DNA from: Candidatus Latescibacterota bacterium
Lineage (GTDB): Bacteria; Latescibacterota; UBA2968; UBA8231
Assembly: GCA_965215195.1 (NCBI GenBank)
Contig: CBDCDC010000002.1
Span: 2,496,001-2,560,000 of the forward strand
Reading direction: 5' to 3'
Length of the DNA stretch: 64,000 nt
In this document: one piece after another, positions 1 through 9,264 of the stretch
Layout of the letters: the number at the start of each line of letters is the position of its first letter
Position numbering within the stretch: the stretch's first letter is position 1
The notes under the pieces: generated by a model
What the model saw: only the letters and a program-made list of their open reading frames with translations
The model's database searches: none
Told to the model about the DNA's origin: nothing
Program-made: the position numbers and the translations under genes

Positions 1-104
1 GAGAATACGGCTTCCTTGAGGCGCGTCGAAGTGAGGCGTATCTGGCGCAGGCGTCGCCCGGAGGGAATCTGCCGACCGCGATAGGTGCCAGTGACAATGC
101 GCAC
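1..104 (-). CDS. rsmD: 16S rRNA m2G966 methyltransferase RsmD, 5' end (runs off window)
   Basis: Hand translation from GTG at 104: MRIVTGTYRGRQIPSGRRLRQIRLTSTRLKEAVF, matching the RsmD N-terminal pattern MRII.G..+GR....RPT..R++EA+F. Not in the ORF track. Confidence 0.75.
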   Translation of the reverse strand, partial: MRIVTGTYRGRQIPSGRRLRQIRLTSTRLKEAVF

Positions 105-169
105 GGGTAAGCCTCGAGTTGGGGTTGATTGAGACGAAAAAGTATCGCGGTTGGGGCTAGCCGCGTCAA

Positions 170-197
170 GCAGGGGCGATTCGCGAACCGCCCCTAC
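170..197 (-). repeat. REP-like palindrome
   Basis: Minus strand GTAGGGGCGGTTCGCGAATCGCCCCTGC: GTAG tetranucleotide followed by an imperfect palindrome, intergenic. Confidence 0.65.
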
Positions 198-230
198 CTA
201 CGGATCGCTCTAACCACTATAATCAAGCTA

Positions 231-1379
231 ATGATCACAGAACAATACGACGTCATCGTCGCCGGGGCCGGCGGCATGGGCAGTGCCGCGCTCTACCACT
301 TGGCCCGCCGCGGCGTACGCGTTTGCGCTGTAGAGCGCTTTGGGCTAGCTCACGACCGGGGGTCTTCGCACGGGGACACCCGCATCATCCGCAAAGCCTA
401 TATGGAGCATCCCGACTACGTGCCCCTGTTGCACCGGGCCTACGCGCTGTGGGAGGAGCTAGAGGCCGAAGAAGCCGGGGAACTCTTTGCCCGCGTCGGG
501 CTGCTAGTGGCGGGCGATCCCACCGCAGAGGCCATGCGGGGGCAGGCGGCCTGCTATCAGGCGTACGATCTGCCGCACGAGGAACTCGATGCGGCAGCCA
601 TTGTCTCGCGCTACCGAGGCTTGGCTTTGCCGGCCGAGTGGAGTGGCTTTTACGATCCCTTGGGCGGCTTTCTCCGGGTCGAGGACTGCGTCCGTCGGCA
701 CGTCGCGTTGGCCCGCAAGCACGGCGCAAAGCTCTACGCCGGGGAGGCCATGCTGTCGTGGCGGCGCGAAGGCAAAGGAGTGGTAGTGGAAACCGAGCGA
801 CGGCGCTTGCTCGCGGCGCGGTTGGTGCTGGCGACCGGGGCTTGGGCCGTGCCGGAGCTATGCCGGCTGGGCGTCGCGGCGTGCGTAGTGCGCAAGGTGC
901 AGTTGTGGTACCAAGGGCGCGGCGTGGACCAGTACGCGCACGGCGCGTTCCCCTGCTTCTTCATCGCCGACGGCGAACACTACTTCTATGGTTTTCCCGC
1001 CCAAGCGCCGTGGGGCCTAAAGTTGGCCGAGCACAACGTGTCGCACGACCCGGTAGCCGACCCGCTCGGCCTCAATCGCGCATTGACTGCCGGCGATCAG
1101 CCCTGCGTCCTCGATTTTCTCGCGCGATTTTTCCCTGCATTGCAACCAGCGCTGAGCAAACACGCGGTCTGCATGTATTCGCTGACGCCGGATAAGCACT
1201 TCGTCTTGGACATCCATCCCGAATGCTCGGCCGTGGTGCTAGGGGCGGGTTTTTCCGGCCACGGCTTCAAATTTGCGCCAGTGGTGGGCGAAATTCTAGC
1301 TGAATTGGCACTGGAAGGCGATACTAAACATCCCATCGAATTCCTGCGTCTTTCCCGTTTTGCACAGAGGAGGTCGTAA
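231..1379 (+). CDS. solA: N-methyl-L-tryptophan/monomeric sarcosine oxidase family FAD oxidoreductase
   Basis: GAGGMG FAD motif, GSSHGDTRIIR, CMYSLTPD, GFSGHGFKFAP. ATG 231 preferred over TTG 129. Confidence 0.85.
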   Translation: MITEQYDVIVAGAGGMGSAALYHLARRGVRVCAVERFGLAHDRGSSHGDTRIIRKAYMEHPDYVPLLHRAYALWEELEAEEAGELFARVGLLVAGDPTAEAMRGQAACYQAYDLPHEELDAAAIVSRYRGLALPAEWSGFYDPLGGFLRVEDCVRRHVALARKHGAKLYAGEAMLSWRREGKGVVVETERRRLLAARLVLATGAWAVPELCRLGVAACVVRKVQLWYQGRGVDQYAHGAFPCFFIADGEHYFYGFPAQAPWGLKLAEHNVSHDPVADPLGLNRALTAGDQPCVLDFLARFFPALQPALSKHAVCMYSLTPDKHFVLDIHPECSAVVLGAGFSGHGFKFAPVVGEILAELALEGDTKHPIEFLRLSRFAQRRS

Positions 1380-2156
1380 ATGGATCTAGGACTGAAAGAC
1401 AAAATTGCCCTGATAACTGGAGGGAGTCGGGGGATTGGCCGGGCCATTGCGTTGGCGCTGGCCAACGAGGGGTGCAAGGTGGCGATTTGCGCCCGCAGCC
1501 AAGAGCCGCTCGAACGCGCCTTGCAGCAGGTGCGGGCGACTGGGGCCGAAGCCATCGCCGCGGTCGCCGACGTGCGCTCGCGCAAGGACGTGGAGGCCGT
1601 TGTTGCGCGCTGTGCGGCCGAGTGGGGAGGCGTGGATATTTTGGTCAACAATGTAGGTGGGGCGGCTGGCGGACAGAGCCTGCTCGAAACCGCGGATGAG
1701 GACTGGGAGGAAACTTTTGACCTAAACGCGCTCCACGCCGTGCGCACGACGCGGGCGGCCCTGCCCTACATGCGGCAGCGCGGTGGGGGCGCGGTGGTGA
1801 TCGTCTCGTCGATCTCGGGGTGGAAGCCCGGACCTAAATCACAGTATGGAAGCGCGAAGGCCGCGGAGATTTTTCTCGCCGGTGCGCTGGCACTGGAGCT
1901 GGCCGAATGCGGGGTGCGGGTCAATGCGGTCGCGCCCGGGTCGATATTTTTTGCCGGCGGTGGATGGGCGCGTTTTCAGGCGGAACAGCCCGAGCGCTTT
2001 GCACAGTTTGTGGACCGGGAGTTTCCCGCCGGGCGCTTGGGGACGCCAGAAGAGGTGGCGGATGTGGTGGCGTTTCTGGTGTCCGAGCGCGCGAATTGGA
2101 TCAACGGAGCGATGATCCCGGTGGATGGGGCGCAGGGCCGGCCGACGGCTTTTTGA
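1380..2156 (+). CDS. SDR family oxidoreductase
   Basis: TGGSRGIG, NNVG, YGSAK; GGAGG RBS; abuts solA. Confidence 0.92.
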   Translation: MDLGLKDKIALITGGSRGIGRAIALALANEGCKVAICARSQEPLERALQQVRATGAEAIAAVADVRSRKDVEAVVARCAAEWGGVDILVNNVGGAAGGQSLLETADEDWEETFDLNALHAVRTTRAALPYMRQRGGGAVVIVSSISGWKPGPKSQYGSAKAAEIFLAGALALELAECGVRVNAVAPGSIFFAGGGWARFQAEQPERFAQFVDREFPAGRLGTPEEVADVVAFLVSERANWINGAMIPVDGAQGRPTAF

Positions 2157-2173
2157 CGGGCAGGTGCTCAACC

Positions 2174-2208
2174 GCAATCAACGCAGTAGGGTGAGCTTGC
2201 GCGTTAAA
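2174..2208 (+). repeat. 35-bp direct repeat, copy 1
   Basis: gcaatcaacgcagtagggtgagcttgcgcgttaaa; 33/35 identical to 2975-3009. Confidence 0.9.
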
Positions 2209-2253
2209 GAGTCTCTTTTTCGGACAGACAGGGGTGTTCGGTGGAGAAGCTCG

Positions 2254-2644
2254 TCAGCGCGATGGGACGATGCGAAATTGGCGCTTGCCGTCGATGCGGT
2301 AGGTCTCGAAGTCGTCGTGATCGATGGTAAAGATCGCAGTAAGCGATTCCCGTTTGGCCAGATGCACTAGCGTTGCGTCGGCGAAATCCATCGGTCGGTC
2401 GTCGTAGCGTTTCATCAGACGCTCCAGATCCGGCAGGTCTGCATCTGTTATGGCACCGGAGCGCAGAAAACGCCAAGCGGCGTTGAGTGCTGGTCGATGA
2501 TCCCCTAGCGGCAAGTACGGCCGCGCTAGTGGCCAACGGCAGCCGCAAAGACGGAAACGCCTCGACACACCGGTCGTGCCACTGGTCGTCGGCATCCAGC
2601 AAGGCTAGGATCGTTCCCGTATCGATCAGACCCTTAGCCCGCAC
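2254..2644 (-). pseudogene. vapC: PIN-domain (VapC-like) toxin, frameshifted
   Basis: N-terminal half MRAKGLIDTGTILALLDADDQWH..AAVLA is in one frame; C-terminal half LGDH..MKRYDDRPMDFADATLVHLA..IFTIDHDDF is in another. Junction at about 2509/2508. Confidence 0.85.
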
Positions 2645-2912
2645 GGCGTTGTTGTAGCTGGTCGCGAACCCGTTGCCCGACCTGCTGTGAACGGAGGGAA
2701 TCGCCGCCCCGGATGGTGCCAAAGGTCTGCATGGCGGCTTTGCGAAGCGCGTCTTGTATTTCGTCGTCCCCAGCTTCCTCTTGGTCGAGCCACTCGGACA
2801 CGATCTGGTCGAGCAGTTGGGCTACGCTCGTCTTATGGGCTCGGGCCGCGGCTTCAAGATCGTTTTTCACTTCGGGCGAGACGCGCCAGCTATATACTTC
2901 GCTTTTGTTCAT
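2634..2912 (-). CDS. putative antitoxin (ribbon-helix-helix-like)
   Basis: 92 aa MNKSEVYSWRVSPEVKNDLEAAARAHKTSVAQLLDQIV; overlaps the start of the PIN gene. Confidence 0.75.
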   Translation of the reverse strand: MNKSEVYSWRVSPEVKNDLEAAARAHKTSVAQLLDQIVSEWLDQEEAGDDEIQDALRKAAMQTFGTIRGGDSLRSQQVGQRVRDQLQQRRAG

Positions 2913-2919
2913 GTAGTAC

Positions 2920-2948
2920 AGTGTAGCACGTAGATGATGCCATTGCAA
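2920..2948 (-). promoter_or_regulatory. sigma70-like promoter of TA operon, probably leaderless
   Basis: TTGCAA-17 nt-TACACT, then 7 nt to ATG; no Shine-Dalgarno. Confidence 0.6.
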
Positions 2949-2974
2949 ACAAGTACATGCCGGTTCCATGCGAT

Positions 2975-3009
2975 GCAATCAGCGCAGCAGGGTGAGCTTG
3001 CGCGTTAAA
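2975..3009 (+). repeat. 35-bp direct repeat, copy 2
   Basis: gcaatcagcgcagcagggtgagcttgcgcgttaaa. Confidence 0.9.
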
Positions 3010-3077
3010 ATTTGCTCGGCGGTCACTAGCCTGTACAATTTGTTCATCCAAGAAGGCGTCGAAATCAGCGGACGCTC

Positions 3078-3860
3078 TCACCCCTGAAACAGCGACAGGG
3101 CCCCATCGACGTACATCTCGGTGCCGGTGATGTAGCTAGCTTCGTCCGAGGCCAAAAAGACAATGGCGTTGGCGACCTCCTCGGCGCTGGCCGCGCGTTG
3201 TTGCAGGGGGATCATGCCTTGGGGGAACTCGCGGGGAATGCGGATCTTGTCGATGTCGCGGGGGAAGGTATTCTCGCCAATGCTGGTTTTGGTGGCCCCG
3301 GGGCAGACCACATTGATGCGGATGTCCCACTGCGCTAGCTCAACTGCGGCCATTTTGGCGAAGGTAACTTGGGCGGCCTTGGAGCAGGAATACGAAGTGA
3401 AGCCGAAGTTGGAGAAGATGCGGTTGCCGTTGACCGAAGAGACGACGACGATGCTGCCACCGCCGGCTGCGCGCAGGTGGGGGATGGCGTATTTGACGGT
3501 GAGGAAGGTGCCGCGCACGTTGATGTTGTGGGTCTGGTCCCACTCCTCGGGCGTGATGTCCTCGATGGGAGCGAAGACCCCGTTGATGCCGGCGTTGGGC
3601 ACCGCGATGTCGAGGCGGCCCCAGCGCTCAACGGTCGCGGCCACCAGTCCGGCCACGTGCTCAGCGTTAGCCACGTCGCCGGGCAGGGCCAAGGCTTGGC
3701 CGCCAAGTCCCTCGATTTCGGCTACGGCTTCCTCGCAGCGCTCGGCGCGGCGGGCCGTCAGCGCGATGTTGGCTCCTTCGCGGGCCATAGCTACGGCCGC
3801 GGCCCGGCCAATGCCGCTGCTGCCCCCGGTGATGAGGGCCACTCTGTCCTTCAGTTTCAT
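3078..3860 (-). CDS. SDR family oxidoreductase
   Basis: TGGSSGIG, NAGING, YSCSK; AAGGAG RBS. Confidence 0.92.
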   Translation of the reverse strand: MKLKDRVALITGGSSGIGRAAAVAMAREGANIALTARRAERCEEAVAEIEGLGGQALALPGDVANAEHVAGLVAATVERWGRLDIAVPNAGINGVFAPIEDITPEEWDQTHNINVRGTFLTVKYAIPHLRAAGGGSIVVVSSVNGNRIFSNFGFTSYSCSKAAQVTFAKMAAVELAQWDIRINVVCPGATKTSIGENTFPRDIDKIRIPREFPQGMIPLQQRAASAEEVANAIVFLASDEASYITGTEMYVDGALSLFQG

Positions 3861-3897
3861 GTCGATCTCCTTAGTTGACGAAAAGGTGGGTGGAATG

Positions 3898-4512
3898 TCA
3901 TTGGTCGGGCGTGAGCGTCCTCAACCGCTTCAGAAACGCCTTAGCGTGCGGACATGCGGCTTTGACGCGAGCGGGATCAACCTGCGCCAACAACTCAAAC
4001 GAGATCTTGCCCTTGGCATAGCGTTTAGAGCAATTGGCGGTGGCGCATTCGAGCGCGTTGAGGACCGTCGTCTTGGATACGTCTTCCAACTGCGGCCATT
4101 GCCTGAGCGCGTTCTCCCCAAACTTTGCGCCAAAATAACGCTTCAATGAATTGCGATCCGCCAGCAACCACGTCTCCATGATCTGCACCATCAGAAAGGC
4201 TTGGTCGTCGCCAGTGCCTGGCGGCCGGTTCCAGCCATCGCGTGCTTGCAGGTGCTGCCAAACTGAGTGCCTCGCCGCAACGCGAGCCTCGCTGTCCACG
4301 AGGAGGAGCGGTACGCGTCTTGGGTCGGGGTGCTCAATCGCCTTTGCAAAAAGGTCAAAGGTTCGATTTCGTCCGCCTCCGCGCACGACTCGCGGCAGAT
4401 GGCCTTGCAACCCGGCGGTTTCAAAGAACTTTGCCCACGAGCGGCGGAAAAGGCGTTCGAGGTCTCGACTGCCGTCGCCACCGCCTTCAATGTAAATCTC
4501 GACACTCACCAC
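3898..4512 (-). CDS. DUF4276-like (TOPRIM-type) protein
   Basis: IYIEGGG, LLVDSE, MVQIMETWLLAD, YAKG; coupled to the upstream ATPase. Confidence 0.75.
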   Translation of the reverse strand: MVSVEIYIEGGGDGSRDLERLFRRSWAKFFETAGLQGHLPRVVRGGGRNRTFDLFAKAIEHPDPRRVPLLLVDSEARVAARHSVWQHLQARDGWNRPPGTGDDQAFLMVQIMETWLLADRNSLKRYFGAKFGENALRQWPQLEDVSKTTVLNALECATANCSKRYAKGKISFELLAQVDPARVKAACPHAKAFLKRLRTLTPDQ

Positions 4513-5714
4513 CGATTACCGCCGAGTTGCCCCGAACCCCAGAGATCGCCGAGGCTGTAGGTGTCCAACCAAGCCTTCAATCTCGCGCTGTCCAACCGCT
4601 CGAACCGCGATTCGCCATTCTCCTGCTCGCACACTACGACGCTCGATGGATAGTCGGTCAGCGCGTCAACCAACATGCTCGAGTGGGTAGTGACCACGAT
4701 CTGCATACGCTGAGAGGCATTGACGAGTAATTCCGCAACGTGAGCGACCACGTCGGGATGAAGGCCCAACTCCGGCTCCTCGATGGCCACCAAAGAAGGC
4801 GGCTCGGGATGCAGCAAAACGGCCAGCAAGCAGAGGTAGCGCAGGGTGCCGTCGGACAGGCGGCTCGCTGGAATCTGGCGTCCGTCCCGTTCCTCCAAGA
4901 AAAGCGACACCGTCCCGCCCGTCACCGGGCAGTTGACGTCCACGATGCCGTCAAAGAGTTCCTGCAATGCCGCGACGAATCTCCTCTTGTGCTCCCCTTG
5001 GAAGTGCGATAGCACGAGGGCTAAATTCGTCCCGCCTTCGTTCAGAAAATCGGAGCGATCGTGCGTACTCTGGTCCCGGCGCAACTCTGCCGCAGGCCCG
5101 AAGGACCAATTTCGGTACAGGCGAATTCGCTCGTACTGCTCCTGTAGGCAGTACAGGGCGGGGTACATTTGTGCGTCGCGGACCTGAGACAGAACGGATT
5201 CTTCCGGCTTTGTTCTCTCGTGGGAAATAGTCAGGCCAAGCGGTTCAGATTTGATGGTAATGGAGCCAGATAGGATAGGACGGGAAGATGTCCTTTGGTC
5301 TCTCGGCTCAGTCTGGACATCGAACGTGTGATGCCCCTGCTGAAGGCGATAGGAGAACTCGGTCTCTGCACATTCGACGCGCTCGTCGGTGACTTCAAAG
5401 CGTCCGCCGCGTTCGGTGAATTCCAGCACGTGTCGCAAGGGACTATCCTTCTCGGGATCATTGACGACGGCTTTTATCGTTGCCTTGCGAGGTGACTCAG
5501 CACCCTTCCAGAGCCATTCCCAGATTCCGCCGCCTCGCTCGATAGGTCTCGCCAGTTCACGCGGCGCAGCCCTCAGCAATGCCAACACTTCCAGTAGGTT
5601 TGACTTCCCCGAACCATTCGGGCCGATCAGGACGTTCAGCGGTTCCATGGGCAGCTCAATTCCCTGCGGCCCGAAGGACAATAGCCCCGACACCTTCAGT
5701 TTATGTATCGTCAT
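4506..5714 (-). CDS. AAA_21/ABC-type ATPase
   Basis: GPNGSGKSN Walker A, LSDGT signature, IEEPELGLHP Walker B/D-loop, TTHS. Confidence 0.88.
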   Translation of the reverse strand: MTIHKLKVSGLLSFGPQGIELPMEPLNVLIGPNGSGKSNLLEVLALLRAAPRELARPIERGGGIWEWLWKGAESPRKATIKAVVNDPEKDSPLRHVLEFTERGGRFEVTDERVECAETEFSYRLQQGHHTFDVQTEPRDQRTSSRPILSGSITIKSEPLGLTISHERTKPEESVLSQVRDAQMYPALYCLQEQYERIRLYRNWSFGPAAELRRDQSTHDRSDFLNEGGTNLALVLSHFQGEHKRRFVAALQELFDGIVDVNCPVTGGTVSLFLEERDGRQIPASRLSDGTLRYLCLLAVLLHPEPPSLVAIEEPELGLHPDVVAHVAELLVNASQRMQIVVTTHSSMLVDALTDYPSSVVVCEQENGESRFERLDSARLKAWLDTYSLGDLWGSGQLGGNRW

Positions 5715-5823
5715 ACCGGCTCCTCGTCCAGCATCTGCCGCGCATAGGGTCAAAGTTGACGGAAAAATGCGGGCGGAATATCATTGGAACCCTAAAATAC
5801 ATCCAGCGAAAGCAGAGGCAATA

Positions 5824-7083
5824 ATGGAAGAAAATGTGAACGCGCACTCCCGACCCTCGGATCTAAAGATCACGGATATGCGCGTCGCCAATGTGCGCGG
5901 TGCGCCGTTCCGCGCAACGCTCGTCCGCATCGACACCAACGAGGGCCTCTCGGGCTACGGCGAGGTGCGCGACGGCGGCAGCCCGACCTACGCGCTGATG
6001 CTCAAAAGCCGCTTGCTCGGGGAAAACCCCTGCAACGTCGATAAGCTCTTCCGCAAGATCAAACAATTCGGCCACCACGCGCGCCAAGCCGGCGGCGTCT
6101 GCGGCGTCGAAATGGCGCTGATGGATTTGGCGGGCAAAGCCTATGGTGTGCCGGCCTACCAACTAGCCGGCGGCAAATTCCGCGACCGGATCCTCTGCTA
6201 CTGCGATACCCCCACGCGGCGCGACGGGCGGGACATGGGGCAGTTGCTCAAGGAGCGGATGGAGCGGGGGTTCAAATTCCTCAAAATGGACGTCGGCATT
6301 GGCTTGCTGCGGGGAGTCGAAGACGCGCTGATCGCCCCGCCGGGCATGCTGGAAAACCACGCCATCATGCACCCATTTACCGGGATCCAGATTACCAACA
6401 AGGGCATCGACATCCTCTGCGAATACGTGGCGCAGGTGCGCGAAGCCATAGGCTATGAAGTTCCCTTGGCCGTCGATCACTTCGGCCACATCGGCGTCGA
6501 GTCCTGCATCCGCTTGGGCAAGGCACTCGATCAGTTCAGCCTAGCTTGGTACGAGGACATGATCCCCTGGCAGTTGGCCGACCAGTGGCAGCGGCTCGCC
6601 GAGGCCGTGGCGACGCCCGTATGCACGGGCGAGGACATCTATCTCAAGGAAAACTTCCTGCCCCTGTTTGAACGGCGCGCCATTGCCGTCGTCCACCCGG
6701 ACTTGGCTTCTTCCGGTGGGATTCTCGAGACCAAAAAGATCGGCGACCTAGCGCAGGAGCACGGCATTGCCATGGCCCTGCACATGGCCATGTCGCCGGT
6801 AGCGGCATTAGCTTCGGTGCATTGCGCGGCCGCGACCGAAAACTTCATGGTGCTCGAAAACCACTCGGTCGATCAATTAGAACAGTGGAGCAGCTTGGTC
6901 GAGGGCTTGCCAGTGCCCCTGATTGAGGACGGGCACATTGCGGTGCCAGAGGGGCCGGGGCTGGGCTTTAGCGGCCTCAACGAAGAAGTGCTGCGGTCGT
7001 TTGCCGATCCCGACCAGCCGGAGATTTTTGGCCCCACCAAAGAGTGGGACGACGAGCGGCCACACGACCGCTTGTGGAGCTAA
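5824..7083 (+). CDS. mandelate racemase/muconate lactonizing enzyme family (probable acid-sugar dehydratase)
   Basis: RIDTNEGLSGYGE, MDLAGKA, FLKMD, DHFGH, WYED, TGED. The ORF-track extension to 5389 overlaps the opposite gene. Confidence 0.88.
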   Translation: MEENVNAHSRPSDLKITDMRVANVRGAPFRATLVRIDTNEGLSGYGEVRDGGSPTYALMLKSRLLGENPCNVDKLFRKIKQFGHHARQAGGVCGVEMALMDLAGKAYGVPAYQLAGGKFRDRILCYCDTPTRRDGRDMGQLLKERMERGFKFLKMDVGIGLLRGVEDALIAPPGMLENHAIMHPFTGIQITNKGIDILCEYVAQVREAIGYEVPLAVDHFGHIGVESCIRLGKALDQFSLAWYEDMIPWQLADQWQRLAEAVATPVCTGEDIYLKENFLPLFERRAIAVVHPDLASSGGILETKKIGDLAQEHGIAMALHMAMSPVAALASVHCAAATENFMVLENHSVDQLEQWSSLVEGLPVPLIEDGHIAVPEGPGLGFSGLNEEVLRSFADPDQPEIFGPTKEWDDERPHDRLWS

Positions 7084-7085
7084 AC

Positions 7086-8144
7086 ATGGCCTACGACATC
7101 GCCGTGCTCAAAGGCGACGGCATCGGGCCGGAGGTCATGGACGAGGCCCTGAAGGTGCTCAATGCGCTGGGGACTCCTGCCCTTGCCTTTGCAGAATATC
7201 CGTGTGGCGCGGGGTGCTATCTGGAGCAAGGGGATCCGCTGCCGGAGGCGACGGTGGAAGGGTGTCGTCGGGCGGATGCAGTGCTGTTGGGAGCGATGGG
7301 GTTGCCGCACGTGCGCTGGCCGGACGGGACGGAGATGCGCCCCCAAGTTGACTTGCGAATCAAACTGGACCTGTACGCCGGGGTGCGGCCAATTTACCTG
7401 TATGCGGCCGCGCATACCCCGCTCAAAGGGTTAGAGGCCGGCGATATTGACTTCGTCGTCCTGCGCGAGAACGTCGAGGGGCTTTTTGCCTCCATGAACG
7501 GCGGCATTCAGTTGCGCGGAGAAGTGGCCGTTGACTCTATGGTCATTACGCGCACGGGCACGGAGCGCGTGGTGCGCTACGCCTTTGAGCTGGCGCGGCA
7601 GCGCGGCCGGACGCCGATGAAGGTGACGTGCGTGGACAAGGCCAATGTCTTTCGCTCAATGGCCTTCTTCCGCCGCGTGTACGACGAAGTCGCCGCCGAG
7701 TACCCAGACGTCGAGCGCGACTACGCGTACATCGACGCCCTGAGCATGTACTTGGTGCAGCAACCGGCCGGATACGACGTGCTGGTCACTGAGAACATGT
7801 ACGGGGACATTATCTCGGACTTGGCCGCTGGCTTGGTCGGCGGCTTGGGGCTGGCTCCTTCGGGGGACATCGGCGAGAACGCAGCCGTGTTCCAACCCTC
7901 GCACGGGACAGCCCCAGACATCGCCGGGCAGGGAAAGGCCAATCCGGTGGCAATGATCCTGTCGGCAGCCTTGCTGCTGCGCTGGTTGGGGGCGCAACAC
8001 GGCGATTCGGAGGCCGCGAGCGGGGCCGAGCGGATCGAAGAGGCGGTGCGTGCGGTAATCGGCGAGCAGGGCGCGGGGACGCCCGATTTAGGGGGTGGGT
8101 TGAGCTGCCGCGCGCTAGGGGAGCGGATTGTCCAAGCACTCTGA
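7086..8144 (+). CDS. isocitrate/isopropylmalate/tartrate dehydrogenase family
   Basis: GDGIGPEV, RENVEG, VDKANV, NMYGDIISD, HGTAPDIAG. Confidence 0.9.
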   Translation: MAYDIAVLKGDGIGPEVMDEALKVLNALGTPALAFAEYPCGAGCYLEQGDPLPEATVEGCRRADAVLLGAMGLPHVRWPDGTEMRPQVDLRIKLDLYAGVRPIYLYAAAHTPLKGLEAGDIDFVVLRENVEGLFASMNGGIQLRGEVAVDSMVITRTGTERVVRYAFELARQRGRTPMKVTCVDKANVFRSMAFFRRVYDEVAAEYPDVERDYAYIDALSMYLVQQPAGYDVLVTENMYGDIISDLAAGLVGGLGLAPSGDIGENAAVFQPSHGTAPDIAGQGKANPVAMILSAALLLRWLGAQHGDSEAASGAERIEEAVRAVIGEQGAGTPDLGGGLSCRALGERIVQAL

Positions 8145-8145
8145 C

Positions 8146-9264
8146 ATGGACCGCCGGACCTTTCTCGGCTTGGGTCTAGGCGCGGCCGCGTGGCCGGCAT
8201 TGGGCCGCGCCGCGCCCGTGCGGCCGCAGCGGGCGCGCCTGCGCGAGTTGGGCATTGTCATTGGCGAGTTGGCGACCGGCCCCCACAACGCCATCACCGA
8301 TGTCGGGGGCGTACAGGTCGGCCACCTGACCCTGATTGAAGATGGGGGTCCGGTGCGCACCGGCGTGACCGCAATTGTGCCGCGTACGCCCGCGTTTGCC
8401 GCCGACTTCACGCTCAACGGCAATGGCGAGCTGATGGGGGTAGGCTCTATGCGCCGCACGGGCCTGTTGGCCGGCCCGGTTCTTTTTACCAACACGTCGA
8501 GCGTCGGCGCGGTGTACGATGGGGCGGTGGAGTGGATGCTGGCGCACGATCCCGACCTGTTCAAAAGCGATTTGCAGCCCGCGCCCATAGTCGGGGAGAC
8601 GTGGGCTGCGTTTCTCCACGACGAAGTCGGGCGACACGTGCAGCCCGCACACGCGGCAGCAGCCCTCAACGCGGCGCGCAGCGGGCCCGTGGCCGAAGGC
8701 TGCGTTGGTGGCGGGACCGGGATGCGGGCCTATGGCTTTAAGGCCGGCATTGGCACGGCGTCGCGCAAAATCCCCTGCGGCGACCAGCTCTACACCGCGG
8801 GCGTACTGGTGCAGGCGAACTTTGGCCGGCGGCCCCAACTGCGCGTCGACGGCGTCCCGGTGGGTCGCGAGATCACCGACCTAATGCCGGCGCGCGGCGG
8901 CAAGAGCAAGTCCATGCTCGCCGCGGTGGCTACGGACGCGCCGTTGATTCCAGTGCAGCTCCAGCGCGTGTGCAAGCGGGTGGCTTTGGGCATGGCGCGC
9001 ACGGGCGCGATCTCCACTCACGGCAGCGGCGACCTCGTGCTGGCCTTTTCCACGGCCTCCCCCGAGTCGCCAGACGCGCTCGCCACGCTGGCCGACCGCT
9101 GGATTTCGGGCGTGTTCCAAGGCGTAGTTGAGGCCACGGAGGAAGCTATTCTCAACGCGCTGACTGCGGCCTACACCATGACCGGCCGCGCCGGCAATAC
9201 CATCCACGCCCTGCCGCTGGACCGCTTGCTCGAGGTCATGCGCGCACACGGTCGGCTCAAGTGA
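8146..9264 (+). CDS. P1/S58 (DmpA-like) aminopeptidase with Tat signal
   Basis: MDRRTFLG twin-arginine motif; NAITDV, NGNGE, GGGTGM, FKAGIGTASR, SMLAAVATD, HGSGD. Confidence 0.88.
   Translation: MDRRTFLGLGLGAAAWPALGRAAPVRPQRARLRELGIVIGELATGPHNAITDVGGVQVGHLTLIEDGGPVRTGVTAIVPRTPAFAADFTLNGNGELMGVGSMRRTGLLAGPVLFTNTSSVGAVYDGAVEWMLAHDPDLFKSDLQPAPIVGETWAAFLHDEVGRHVQPAHAAAALNAARSGPVAEGCVGGGTGMRAYGFKAGIGTASRKIPCGDQLYTAGVLVQANFGRRPQLRVDGVPVGREITDLMPARGGKSKSMLAAVATDAPLIPVQLQRVCKRVALGMARTGAISTHGSGDLVLAFSTASPESPDALATLADRWISGVFQGVVEATEEAILNALTAAYTMTGRAGNTIHALPLDRLLEVMRAHGRLK

Noticed and set aside
2152-2208. Integron attC site
   Set aside because: The hairpin is attC-like but the left end reads TGAC rather than AAC, the second copy lacks the left arm, and no integrase is present; kept only as a direct-repeat finding.
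5389-5823. N-terminal extension of the enolase-family ORF
   Set aside because: Overlaps the ATPase on the opposite strand; family similarity begins near ATG 5824.
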